From: Bacteroidales bacterium
Lineage (GTDB): Bacteria > Bacteroidota > Bacteroidia > Bacteroidales > WRLA01
Direction: 5' to 3'
Length of the DNA: 64,000 bases
NCBI GenBank assembly: GCA_965230045.1
Contig: OZ245940.1
Location: forward strand, 458,900 to 522,899
Positions within the stretch are counted from its first letter, which is position 1. Every line of letters begins with the position of its first letter. The notes under the pieces were generated by a model. It had not been told where the DNA came from and did no database searches. It saw nothing but the letters and a program-made list of their open reading frames with translations. Positions 19,423 to 28,978 of this stretch are shown here, one piece after another. The translations under genes were made by a program, and so were the position numbers.

Positions 19423-20606
19423 TTTCTGCGGATCCTGAATGCAATAAGTAAAATCAATAAAAGGGCAATAACAGCTCCGGCACGGTTCAGATAGCCGGCT
19501 TCCTTATCAATGTGTGCAAGATAAGGATTTTGTGGTTTTCCGTTTTCGGTGCGAACCACCGGATTAAGATAAAACCAGTTTTTCAGGCTGTCGATGGCCT
19601 CTGTGCGCACATAGGTGTCGGTGTCTTTAATAAGATAAAATGCTGTATCCGTGTTTTGGCTGTAGCCCAGCATTTTTCCGTTTTGACCGATAAAACGAAT
19701 TTGGTTCATGGGTTGGCTGAAAACAACCATAATACTGTCGTTCTGAACTTCCAGCTTGCGCAGATGCGGCAAAAGGGGCGCTTTGCGGATTTTCTCTTCC
19801 CAGCCTTCATCTTCTGTGCGATAAAACCGGACGCCATAGGTTTTTCCGGCTTTCATCGCTTTGATAACCAAATCTTTTTCGTTTTGTGGAGCATTGATGA
19901 AGGTCGCTCTTATGCCCACTTCATCGGCATTGGAAATATCGTGCGCATCGTCGTTGGAAAGGATTGGCGCAAAATGTCCGGCAGAAAGCGCAGAATCCCA
20001 GTGTTTAACCGAATTGCGTGCGCCATTGAGCACCTCGATCATATCATAATTCCCCAAATACTTAAAATCTTCGGGCCAATAGCCATCGCGTAGATCGGGA
20101 TGCGCCAAGGCAATAATTTCGTTATCAGGGCGGAGCATGTCGATGATGCCTTGCTTTTGGCTAAGGTTCTGCCGGCAAAGATAATCGCGCCAGTGTACCT
20201 TTTGAGAACCGATGCACACCTGATGGGTTTTAAAAATATTGTAGCCGTGCTCATAGGTGGGAATAAAATAGGCGCTGTCTTCCTCAAAATAGTTGATTTT
20301 TTGATAATCGCTGATGGCTGCAATATCATAGCCCAATTTTCGGTATATGGCTTTTACCGAATCATTTTGGTTTTTGCGCCCATTGGTTATGCCGCCCCAC
20401 GCGCGCGATTGCAACTGAAAATTGGCTTTGAGCCAGTCGTTTTCATCGATATCGGTATAAGGATTGAAAAGTATTTCGCCATGAAAAGCTTTGGGTTCAT
20501 CGAATTGGTAAACAGGTGCCGTAGCATAAAAAAATGCTTGTAATCCAATGAACGAGAGCACAATGGCAATCAGTAAAAAAGCAAATAATTTAAAAAATTT
20601 CTTCAT
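19374..20606 (-). CDS. Bitopic membrane protein of unknown function with PHP-like His/Asp motifs
   Basis: 410 aa. N-terminal and C-terminal TM anchors. YEHGYN, LAHPD and NDDAHD motifs weakly suggest a PHP-type metal phosphoesterase. It lies 6 nt downstream of the TolC gene and overlaps the GT39 gene by 49 nt. Confidence 0.35.
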   Translation of the reverse strand: MKKFFKLFAFLLIAIVLSFIGLQAFFYATAPVYQFDEPKAFHGEILFNPYTDIDENDWLKANFQLQSRAWGGITNGRKNQNDSVKAIYRKLGYDIAAISDYQKINYFEEDSAYFIPTYEHGYNIFKTHQVCIGSQKVHWRDYLCRQNLSQKQGIIDMLRPDNEIIALAHPDLRDGYWPEDFKYLGNYDMIEVLNGARNSVKHWDSALSAGHFAPILSNDDAHDISNADEVGIRATFINAPQNEKDLVIKAMKAGKTYGVRFYRTEDEGWEEKIRKAPLLPHLRKLEVQNDSIMVVFSQPMNQIRFIGQNGKMLGYSQNTDTAFYLIKDTDTYVRTEAIDSLKNWFYLNPVVRTENGKPQNPYLAHIDKEAGYLNRAGAVIALLLILLIAFRIRRKWKRKNRRRRFTRSRY

Positions 20607-20612
20607 TCGTGT

Positions 20613-21899
20613 TTAGTTTTCGGTCAGCAAGCCACCGCTGAGCCGCATGAGTTCCAGATGCGATTCAATGAGGTTGTAACGGCTTTGCAGCTCGGCTATT
20701 GCCGCATTCAGATAAGTAAGTTGTACATCGCGGAAATTGAAGGAATTAATGGCGCCGCTGCGGTACTTTTGTTCCGAAATTTCCAGATTGAGCTTAGCAC
20801 TTTCCAGCCGCTCGCGTGCTACGTTCAGCAGCTCTTTGCGGTTGTTGTACAAATCAAGCTGGTTGAGCATTTGTAAACGCAGGCTGTGTCGCATCTCGGT
20901 AATTTGTATCAGTCCCGCGGCTTCTTTCAGGATTTCCTGTTCGATGGCACCACGGATGTTTCCTCCGTTGTAAAGCGTATAGGAGAGCGAAAAGGTCGCA
21001 TAAACACCAAGCGCATCCGACCAGCTCCCGTCCACATTTTTGGGTTTGGAATAGCTTTCCGAATAATCGGCGCCGGCATTGAGGCTAAGCCAGGGATAAA
21101 GCTGTGATTTGCTCAGGCCGATATTGTTTTCCAGGATTTTTTGGTTGATATACTTATTTCGCAAAGAGCGGTTGCTGCTGAAAAGCGCATTGATGAGCGA
21201 ATCTTCGCTGAAATCAAAAGCCGGGCTTTCCAGCTGTCCATCGGCTGAATACAGATTTCCGGTAGAATCTGCCAGCAAAAGGCTGAGTGTTCGGTTGGCG
21301 CGTTTCAGGAAATATTTTTGTTGTATATAATTTGATGAATCGCTCAAATAAGCAATTTTGGCCTGAAGCACATCATATGTTACGGCTCCGCCCAGCTCTT
21401 TTTTGTGCTGGAAATAGGCATAACGGTCGCCGGATAAATCCATGAGTTCGGTCAGCACTTCGAGTTGCTTTTTTTGCAAAAGGATGTTGTACCAGGCAAG
21501 GCTAATGGCCTGAATGCTGTTTTCGACCAGAATGGCCGTATTGCCCTGGCTGAGTTCGTAAATCCGGTCGTAATTATCTTTGCGGATTTGTGCCGAAAAG
21601 CCCCCGAAAAGCGTCCAGTTGAGGTTTACATTTGGTGTGAAGCCGTGTGAGCGCACAGAGGCCGTATTGTCGTCAAAACGGTTGCTCTGGCGCAAACCCA
21701 GGGTGATGATGGGCAATCCGCCGGCAGTGGCCAGGCCAAGGTCCCATTCCGCTACTTCTTCCTGAAGCAGGGAAACCCGGATGCCATAATTTTTTTCCAG
21801 GCCGGTATTGATGGCTTCATCAAGGCTGAGCGATTGCTGTGCGTTCAGCTGAAGCGCAACAAAGCCTAAAATCAAGATTAATCCAATTGTTTTCTTCAT
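20613..21899 (-). CDS. TolC-family outer membrane efflux protein
   Basis: 428 aa. Signal peptide (LNAQQ), two internal repeat halves and coiled-coil heptads typical of outer-membrane factors. Confidence 0.8.
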   Translation of the reverse strand: MKKTIGLILILGFVALQLNAQQSLSLDEAINTGLEKNYGIRVSLLQEEVAEWDLGLATAGGLPIITLGLRQSNRFDDNTASVRSHGFTPNVNLNWTLFGGFSAQIRKDNYDRIYELSQGNTAILVENSIQAISLAWYNILLQKKQLEVLTELMDLSGDRYAYFQHKKELGGAVTYDVLQAKIAYLSDSSNYIQQKYFLKRANRTLSLLLADSTGNLYSADGQLESPAFDFSEDSLINALFSSNRSLRNKYINQKILENNIGLSKSQLYPWLSLNAGADYSESYSKPKNVDGSWSDALGVYATFSLSYTLYNGGNIRGAIEQEILKEAAGLIQITEMRHSLRLQMLNQLDLYNNRKELLNVARERLESAKLNLEISEQKYRSGAINSFNFRDVQLTYLNAAIAELQSRYNLIESHLELMRLSGGLLTEN

Positions 21900-21920
21900 T
21901 TTTTCCTTCCTTTGGATGGA

Positions 21921-24900
21921 TTATTCAATTTTCTTTTTTTGGTAAATAACCGCTTTTTCAACTTCTTCCGCTTCCATTTTTCGGCCGTACCACCAACCGA
22001 AAACGAGCCTGCGCAAATCATTGAGCGCCAGGATAAGCACAGGGAAAAACATCAGTATGAAGCCTGTACCGATCATCACGCCATAAGCGAGCGAAACAGC
22101 CATAGGCACCAGAAACTGTGCCTGGAAACTGGTTTCGAGGATAATCGGATAAAGCCCCACAGTGGTCGTTATGGTAGTCAGCATAATGGGGCGGAAACGG
22201 GATATCCCGGCATTATATAAAGCGTCTTTTACTTTCATGCCTTCGCGCAGGTTGCTGTTGTACTTCTGCAGAAACACCACAGCATCGTTAATGATGACCC
22301 CCGATAAGGCCACCATGCCCCAGGCGCTGAGAATGGAAACCGGAATGCCTTCGATTCCATGGCCCCAAAGCGACCCCAGCCAACCCAAGGGAATCATCAT
22401 CAGGATAATTAAACCCTGGCTAAAGGATTTAAAATGGATCATGATAATGACGACCATCAGCAGAAAAGCGATGGAGTAATATTTCCGCAGGTCGCCCATA
22501 GTTTCTTCACTGTCGCGCTGCTGGCCTTGGAACATAACATTTACGCCCGGATATTTTGCTTGCAGTTTGGGAACGATTTCGCTGCTGATGCGCTCCAGAA
22601 TGGGCGGAACAGGTTCGTAAGGATCCACCAAATCGGCATCAATACGCACTTCGCGCTGCATGTTGAAACGTTTTATGTTTACCGGGCCGCGTTCAATTTT
22701 GTAGGTCACCAGTTCGCTGAGCGGATATTCGCCTCTTGGTGTTTTGATTTTCATGCTTTCCATTTGTCCGATGCTCATGCGTCCCTGCTCGGGATAGCGC
22801 ACCCACACACGGATTTCGTCTTTGCCTGATTGCATGCGCTGCGCCTGGCCTCCAAAAAAGCCCTGACGCACCTGCTGACTGATGTCGTTGAGGTTCAAAC
22901 CCAGAAAATAAGCTTTGGGTTTGAGCTCCAGACGTACTTCGCGCTTTCCGATGGCGTTGTTGTCGGTAACATCTTTCAGGGCTTCAAAAGATTTCATTTC
23001 GGCGATCATCAGTTCTTTTGCTTTTTTCAACTGATCCAGATCTTTGCCCAAAAGGCTCACCGAAACCGGCGAACCAAAACGGTTGCGTCCGCCAATAGAG
23101 AATTTTTCGGCCTTTTCAACCAAACCAATTTTCTTACGGATACGGTCGGCAATCTGGAAACTGGAAAGCGGGGCGTCTTCCATATCGCGCAGCAAAACAA
23201 AGATATTTCCTGCATGGGCACCGTTTTCCTGACCTTCGAAAGCATTGCCGAGATTCTGGAAGGTATAATCCACAAAATTGGCGGTATCATTAAATTCTTC
23301 CATCAAATCCTGGTTTACTTCCCAAACTTTTTGTTCGAAATAATCCAGAAATTCTTTGGTTTGTTTTTCTCCGCTTCCGGGTGTAAAAGCGACATTGATG
23401 TTAAAACTGTCGAAAGGGATGGAAGGGAAAAATGTGCTTTGGATAATGCCGCCGCCAAACATTCCTGCCGTGATGATAATCAAGGCGATGGGAGAAAACA
23501 CATAAATCCAGCGCCAGTGCATCACATGGCGGAGCAAATGGCCGTATATCCGGTCGCGCATCAGGGCGATGAATTTATCGAGGTAGTGGCGGATGTTGCG
23601 GCTTTCCTGCTCGTGCACACGTGAACGCAACACATGGCGGCTTCCTAAGTGGGCAGGAAGCACGAAAAAGGCTTCGAGCAGCGAAAATCCCAGACTGGCA
23701 ATAACCACAAAGGCCATCTCGTACATAAATTCCATGCGGCCTTCTGCAACCAAAAGGGGAGAGAAGGCGATCATAGTGGTCAAAACACTGGTTACAACGG
23801 CAGGCAAAACTTCCATCGTGCCATCTACTGCCGCCTTTTTCGGACTTTTGCCTTTTTCAAAATGAGAGTAGATGTTTTCGGCGATTACAATTCCGTCATC
23901 TACCAAAATCCCAATAACCAAAATCATCCCAAAAAGGGAAATCATATTGATGGTAACGCCTGACATGCTGGCAATTACAAACATCCCGAGGAAGGAGCTT
24001 GGAATGCCCCAGGCCACCCAAAGCGAAAGCCGGATGTTGAGGAAAAGCCCTAAGGCAATTAAAACCAGCAACAAGCCGATACCGCCATTATTGTAGAGCA
24101 GGTGCAGGCGGCTTTTGAGGAGTTCCAGAAAATCATAAGTGATTTCCAGTTTTACATGATCGTGATCATCGTTGAATTTTTTTACATAATCGTTCAGGAA
24201 AACAGAGATCGCTTTCAGGTCTTCTGTGCCCAGTTTCTGGATATTAAAACTAACGGATTTTTGTCCGTTCATGGTCGATCCGCTGGGCACATCGGCGAAT
24301 TTCATTTTCACAGTGGCCACATCGCGAATAGTAAGCATGCCGCCATCTTCCTGGGCTCGGATTACAATATCACCGATATCGTCGGGATCAACCGAGCGGT
24401 TGCGGGAGCGGATCAGGATTTCTTCATCTTCGGAGCGTATGGTACCGCCCGAAATATCGCGGTTGTTCAATGCAATGGCGCGGCTGATTTCGTCAAAAGT
24501 GAGGCCATAGCGCATCAGGTCTTCTTCGCTGGCTTCCACCGAGATTTCTAAAGCCGGATAGCCGCCTAAACTTACCTGCGAAATGACTCCGGAAGCCAGA
24601 AGGTCGTCTTCAATATCCTGGGCCATATCTTTAAGCGTCATTAAATCCACATCGCCGCTCAGGCCAACAAATGCAGCCATAGTAACTGCCCGTTGTTTGA
24701 AAATTACAGGTTTTTCGGCGTCAATCGGGAAAGAGCTGATCCCGTCCACGGCATTTTTGACTTCCGTGAGGGTTTCGTCGATATCGTATTCTCCTGTGGT
24801 AGTTATGGTTACGCGGGCAAAGTTTTCCGATGATGTACTGTTGATTTCCTTGATGCCCACCAAACCGCGCACGGCCATTTCCACACGGGTGGTGATGCCT

Positions 24901-25085
24901 TCTTCCATTTCCTTGGGCGATGCCCCGGGATAGGCCACCGAAACAATGATGTCGGTGGTGCTGCGCTCCGGAAAAAAGGACATATGCATATTGTTGAACG
25001 CAAATCCCCCGGCAATCAGCATGAAAGCGATAATCATGTTGGCATAGAAGGGATACTTAACAAAAGTACTGACCAGATTTCTCAT
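21921..25085 (-). CDS. AcrB/AcrD/AcrF-family RND efflux permease
   Basis: The ORF opens at 25148, but the typical RND N-terminus MRNLVSTFVKYPFYANMII starts at the ATG at 25085. About 1054 aa with the 12-TM, two-large-loop architecture. Confidence 0.85.
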   Translation of the reverse strand: MRNLVSTFVKYPFYANMIIAFMLIAGGFAFNNMHMSFFPERSTTDIIVSVAYPGASPKEMEEGITTRVEMAVRGLVGIKEINSTSSENFARVTITTTGEYDIDETLTEVKNAVDGISSFPIDAEKPVIFKQRAVTMAAFVGLSGDVDLMTLKDMAQDIEDDLLASGVISQVSLGGYPALEISVEASEEDLMRYGLTFDEISRAIALNNRDISGGTIRSEDEEILIRSRNRSVDPDDIGDIVIRAQEDGGMLTIRDVATVKMKFADVPSGSTMNGQKSVSFNIQKLGTEDLKAISVFLNDYVKKFNDDHDHVKLEITYDFLELLKSRLHLLYNNGGIGLLLVLIALGLFLNIRLSLWVAWGIPSSFLGMFVIASMSGVTINMISLFGMILVIGILVDDGIVIAENIYSHFEKGKSPKKAAVDGTMEVLPAVVTSVLTTMIAFSPLLVAEGRMEFMYEMAFVVIASLGFSLLEAFFVLPAHLGSRHVLRSRVHEQESRNIRHYLDKFIALMRDRIYGHLLRHVMHWRWIYVFSPIALIIITAGMFGGGIIQSTFFPSIPFDSFNINVAFTPGSGEKQTKEFLDYFEQKVWEVNQDLMEEFNDTANFVDYTFQNLGNAFEGQENGAHAGNIFVLLRDMEDAPLSSFQIADRIRKKIGLVEKAEKFSIGGRNRFGSPVSVSLLGKDLDQLKKAKELMIAEMKSFEALKDVTDNNAIGKREVRLELKPKAYFLGLNLNDISQQVRQGFFGGQAQRMQSGKDEIRVWVRYPEQGRMSIGQMESMKIKTPRGEYPLSELVTYKIERGPVNIKRFNMQREVRIDADLVDPYEPVPPILERISSEIVPKLQAKYPGVNVMFQGQQRDSEETMGDLRKYYSIAFLLMVVIIMIHFKSFSQGLIILMMIPLGWLGSLWGHGIEGIPVSILSAWGMVALSGVIINDAVVFLQKYNSNLREGMKVKDALYNAGISRFRPIMLTTITTTVGLYPIILETSFQAQFLVPMAVSLAYGVMIGTGFILMFFPVLILALNDLRRLVFGWWYGRKMEAEEVEKAVIYQKKKIE

Positions 25086-25169
25086 TATTTTGTGTGTTTC
25101 CTGATGTGATGTTCGTTTGTTCAATTTGTGCCCCAAAATCAGGCACAATCTTTTAACATTTGATTGCTT

Positions 25170-25619
25170 TTATTGTTTTTGCACGTTTAGCTTTAATTTT
25201 TTAATGGCCAGATCGATAATTTCCTGATGGTCAAATGCCAATTCGGGAAGACGGTCGGTGGAAAACCATTTTGCTTCTGCTGCATCATCACCGCCTGTTG
25301 CTTGCTGCCGTGCCACAATAATGCCCGTAAAAGCCACGCTTACAGTGCGGTGGCGCGGGTCGCGCTCAATGGCGGAAAAAGCATGGAGCTGTTCCATTTT
25401 GTCCAGGCGGATGCCTGTTTCTTCTTCGAGTTCGCGCAGAACGGCCTCTTCCAGGGTTTCGTCCATATCAACAAAACCACCGGGAATGGCCCATTGATTT
25501 TTATAGGGTTCGTTTTTCCTGCGGATCAGCAAAAGCGAAAACCCATCCTGCCGGTTTCCAGCAAAAACCAAAGCATCTACGGTTAAAGCGGGGCGGGGAT
25601 ATTTGTAGGTATAGCTCAT
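25170..25619 (-). CDS. NUDIX hydrolase
   Basis: 149 aa with the Nudix box GGFVDMDETLEEAVLRELEEETGI. Confidence 0.85.
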   Translation of the reverse strand: MSYTYKYPRPALTVDALVFAGNRQDGFSLLLIRRKNEPYKNQWAIPGGFVDMDETLEEAVLRELEEETGIRLDKMEQLHAFSAIERDPRHRTVSVAFTGIIVARQQATGGDDAAEAKWFSTDRLPELAFDHQEIIDLAIKKLKLNVQKQ

Positions 25620-25622
25620 AAA

Positions 25623-26303
25623 TTATTCTGTTTTTCCGGCCACACAAAGTACGATTTCTCCTTTTACGCCCACTTTTTCGTAATGCTGTGCCAGTTCGGC
25701 AAGGGTTGCGCGACGGTTTTCTTCATGCAGCTTGGTGAGCTCGCGCGATACGCAGGCAGGGCGCTCTTCGCCCAAATGTTCGGCGAGTTGGTTGAGCGTT
25801 TTTACCAATCGGAAAGGCGATTCGTAAAAAACGAGGGTGTAGTCCGAATCCTTTAATTTCTGCAAACGGCTTTGACGGCCTTTTTTGTGCGGGAGGAAAC
25901 CCTCAAAAACAAAGCGGTCGCAGGGAAGCCCTGAGTTTACCAAAGCAGGAACAAAAGCCGTTGCGCCGGGCAGGCTTTCAATTTTGATGTCGTTTTTAAT
26001 GCATTCGCGTGCCAGCAAGAAACCCGGATCGCTTATGCCCGGACTGCCGGCATCGGTAATAAGCGCCAGTTTTTGCCCGCCGCGCAACATCTCCATAATT
26101 TTTTCCAGGCTTTGATGTTCGTTGTGCTGGTGAAAGGCCATCATCCGGGTTTCGATGCCGTAATGCTGTAGGAGCCTGCCGCTCACGCGTGTGTCTTCTG
26201 CCAAAATGATGTCGCTTTCCTTCAGCACACGAACGGCCCGGTAGGTGATGTCCTCCAGGTTTCCGATAGGCGTTGGAACGAGAATCAGAGATGCTTCTTC
26301 CAT
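25623..26303 (-). CDS. rsmI: 16S rRNA (cytidine1402-2'-O)-methyltransferase
   Basis: The conserved RsmI N-terminus LILVPTPIGNLEDITYRAVRVLKE begins at the internal ATG at 26303. The 69-codon upstream extension has no RsmI similarity and contains an intergenic repeat. Confidence 0.8.
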   Translation of the reverse strand: MEEASLILVPTPIGNLEDITYRAVRVLKESDIILAEDTRVSGRLLQHYGIETRMMAFHQHNEHQSLEKIMEMLRGGQKLALITDAGSPGISDPGFLLARECIKNDIKIESLPGATAFVPALVNSGLPCDRFVFEGFLPHKKGRQSRLQKLKDSDYTLVFYESPFRLVKTLNQLAEHLGEERPACVSRELTKLHEENRRATLAELAQHYEKVGVKGEIVLCVAGKTE

Positions 26304-26394
26304 GGGGCTGTGATTTATTGCAAAGATAGGAACTTTGTAATAAGGGCTCCGGTATATCGCGGATTTCCGCGGATAAGCTTTTTCTATATCATCA

Positions 26395-26420
26395 TTGCGT
26401 CTTAGCGCCTTTGCGAGAAA
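26395..26420. repeat. 26-nt intergenic repeat, copy A (TTGCGTCTTAGCGCCTTTGCGAGAAA)
   Basis: 24/26 identical to copy B, which lies exactly 120 bp downstream. Confidence 0.7.
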
Positions 26421-26514
26421 AACGTGTACTCTGAGGTTTTTCTCAAAGATCATGTGGACTTCAGCTATTAAGATTTTCTGCCTCATATCCGCAACCCTTG
26501 TAGGGATCAAAACT

Positions 26515-26540
26515 TTGCGCCTTAGCGTCTTTGCGAGAAA
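26515..26540. repeat. 26-nt intergenic repeat, copy B (TTGCGCCTTAGCGTCTTTGCGAGAAA)
   Basis: See copy A. The 3' core CTTTGCGAGAAA recurs at 31298-31310. Confidence 0.7.
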
Positions 26541-26667
26541 TTTTTTTCTTCAGCCCTATGTTCTTTAAAAAGCCAAATGAAATAAGAAGTTTTCTTAAAA
26601 CATTCAATTCATCTTGTTTTTGTATTTGGTTTTGTTTACTTTTGGAGTTTTATAAAACCATCAGAAA

Positions 26668-28965
26668 ATGAAGCAGTTGATCTTATTAATATCATCCGTT
26701 TTGTGCCTTAATATATTGTTTGCGCAGCAGGTACATCAAATAATGCCCAAACCAACCGATCAGAGAATTTACGATATTGAGTTTTTTGATATCGCGCGGG
26801 GTATAATGGTTGGGGCGAATGGAACTATTTTGCTTACCGATGATGGTGGTGACAATTGGGAGGCCATCAATACCGAAATTACAGAAGGAATCACCGAAGC
26901 AGAGCTTATTGATCGCGGGAACTGCATCATACGGACTTCACATAATCTCTACAAAACATCCGATTATGGCCAAAGCTGGGAGCTGCTTTTTGAAGTGCCG
27001 GATACAGCCACCTTTTCCAACATTGATATGGTGGATCGGGTTTATGGCTTTGCCGTTTGCAAAAACAGGACTTCCGAAGCTACTATTTTAGTCGCAACGG
27101 ATGATGGAGGGCGAAGCTGGCTTGTGAAAGAAATGAAAGGGTTCCGGTATGGTAAGGATAAACTTGGGAAATTTGCTTTTGAGGATAAGGAAAGAGGGAT
27201 GTTATTAATACAGCAAAAGTACCAGAATTATAATGATTATGATTGGGCCATCGCAAGAACCTATTCTTCAGGTGGCAGTGTGGAGTTTGTTTTTATTGTG
27301 GACGAGTATGAAGCAATATCTGCAATAGTCAGCAATGGAAATGGTCAGTTTTATACAGGTGGTTGGGAACAGCTTAATAAAGGTGAGGGTGAAGGATATT
27401 GGTATGGAACAACATGTTATGAAGTCAAGAATTTCGGGGATTCTATTGAATATGTTCATTATCCCTGGACTTATGATTTTCCGTTGAAAACCTCAAATAT
27501 AAAAATATGGAATGATTCTCTAATTTGTTTAACGGGTACATCATTCTATCAGGAAGAACCTATTTGGAGTTTATATTGTGTCTTTTCCACTGATAAAGGC
27601 AAAAACTGGGAATGGGCTCAGTATTATTGCCCTCTTGGATTTGCAAAGCCTAATGCGGATGCGATGAATATTAGACCGGATGGGAAAATATTTATTAGTC
27701 AATCTGGTGGTGGTTATTATTCAAATGGGTTTATACAATTATTTGCAGTGCTCTCCAGTGACGGATTGTGGCGTTCTATGAACAGTAATTTTTACGGAAA
27801 TATTCTTAAACTGACCTTTGATAATTCCAATGCCAATATTGTAAGTGAGAACGCCATTGTTCGTTCACATGGCAATATAACTCATTGGTCGCCTAATATT
27901 GATAATGATTGGTATCAGAAAATTAAACTAATCAGTTTTGCTGACAACAAAAACGGTGTGGTTCATGGCTGGACATATCATAATAATCATAGGTATCATC
28001 TTTTATATCACACAAAAGATGGAGGTGAAAACTGGATTACATCAATTTCGGATTCACCGGTGCATCATTGGACAAGCTGCATGAGCTATCCTGAAGAAGG
28101 AAGATTGTATTTTTTTAAATCAGAAGATGATTACCCATATTATGCATCACTTCAGTTTACTGATAATCTGGGAGAAACCTATACAGAAATTCCTTTGCCC
28201 GAAGATGAAGGAAGTCTCAGGTATATGGAATTTACACCAACGGCTGGCTATCTTTTTGGTGGTTTTGCAGATGGGCGTGGGGGTTACTATAAATGTACTG
28301 ATGAAAATTATAACTGGACTTTTTATGATCTGGGAACGGAGATTATCAGCAAGGCATACATTGTAAATGAAGATTTGATGTTTGTGCGGCATGGAAATAC
28401 CTTGCAGGCTGTTGATATGGTTAATGACCAACTCCTGGATGGCCGGATTTCAGAAACGAGTAATTATCGAGTACAGGATGTGGTTCAGGATGATTTGGGA
28501 AACTATTGCTTTGTGGCCACTTCTGATTTCGACACGTATTTCTATTTTGGGCCCGATTTGAATGTTTTAAAATCTTCCGGTCCTTATCCGCCTATGCGTG
28601 GCCTGACTGTAGATCCCGACGGAAAACATATCTGGGCGTTTGGAAATAACGGACGTTTATACTACCTGGGCGATGGCATGCCTGTAGGCGTTGACCCGAT
28701 CAGCCATCCCGATGCCTTTCCCTTCAAAATCTATGGCAATCCTATATCAAATAATCTGGAGTTTTCTGTGAATCTTGATTTTCAGGGAGAAACCTGGTTG
28801 CAAGTGTTGGATATGAATGGCAAACTGGTTCAGGAAAACCGGATATTCCTTCAGGGCAATGCTGCACGTTTTCTGGTCAACACCAGCAGACTCCCTTCAG
28901 GGACTTATATATGCAGCCTCATTGCCGGGGATAAACGTTTTAGTGAGAAAATAGTGAAAGAATAA
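26668..28965 (+). CDS. Secreted BNR/sortilin-type beta-propeller protein with a T9SS C-terminal sorting domain
   Basis: 765 aa. Signal peptide (LNILFAQQ). Repeated S/T-x-D-x-G-x-x-W motifs (TDDGGDNWEA, TSDYGQSWEL, TDDGGRSWLV, STDKGKNWEW, TKDGGENWIT). CTD: IYGNPISNNLEF...VLDMNGKLV...GTYICSL...KIVKE. Confidence 0.75.
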   Translation: MKQLILLISSVLCLNILFAQQVHQIMPKPTDQRIYDIEFFDIARGIMVGANGTILLTDDGGDNWEAINTEITEGITEAELIDRGNCIIRTSHNLYKTSDYGQSWELLFEVPDTATFSNIDMVDRVYGFAVCKNRTSEATILVATDDGGRSWLVKEMKGFRYGKDKLGKFAFEDKERGMLLIQQKYQNYNDYDWAIARTYSSGGSVEFVFIVDEYEAISAIVSNGNGQFYTGGWEQLNKGEGEGYWYGTTCYEVKNFGDSIEYVHYPWTYDFPLKTSNIKIWNDSLICLTGTSFYQEEPIWSLYCVFSTDKGKNWEWAQYYCPLGFAKPNADAMNIRPDGKIFISQSGGGYYSNGFIQLFAVLSSDGLWRSMNSNFYGNILKLTFDNSNANIVSENAIVRSHGNITHWSPNIDNDWYQKIKLISFADNKNGVVHGWTYHNNHRYHLLYHTKDGGENWITSISDSPVHHWTSCMSYPEEGRLYFFKSEDDYPYYASLQFTDNLGETYTEIPLPEDEGSLRYMEFTPTAGYLFGGFADGRGGYYKCTDENYNWTFYDLGTEIISKAYIVNEDLMFVRHGNTLQAVDMVNDQLLDGRISETSNYRVQDVVQDDLGNYCFVATSDFDTYFYFGPDLNVLKSSGPYPPMRGLTVDPDGKHIWAFGNNGRLYYLGDGMPVGVDPISHPDAFPFKIYGNPISNNLEFSVNLDFQGETWLQVLDMNGKLVQENRIFLQGNAARFLVNTSRLPSGTYICSLIAGDKRFSEKIVKE

Positions 28966-28978
28966 AAGAGTATCGAAG

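Noticed and set aside
26304-26510. 69-codon N-terminal extension of rsmI
   Set aside because: The conserved RsmI sequence begins at the internal ATG at 26303. The extension has no homology features and contains the 26-nt intergenic repeat.
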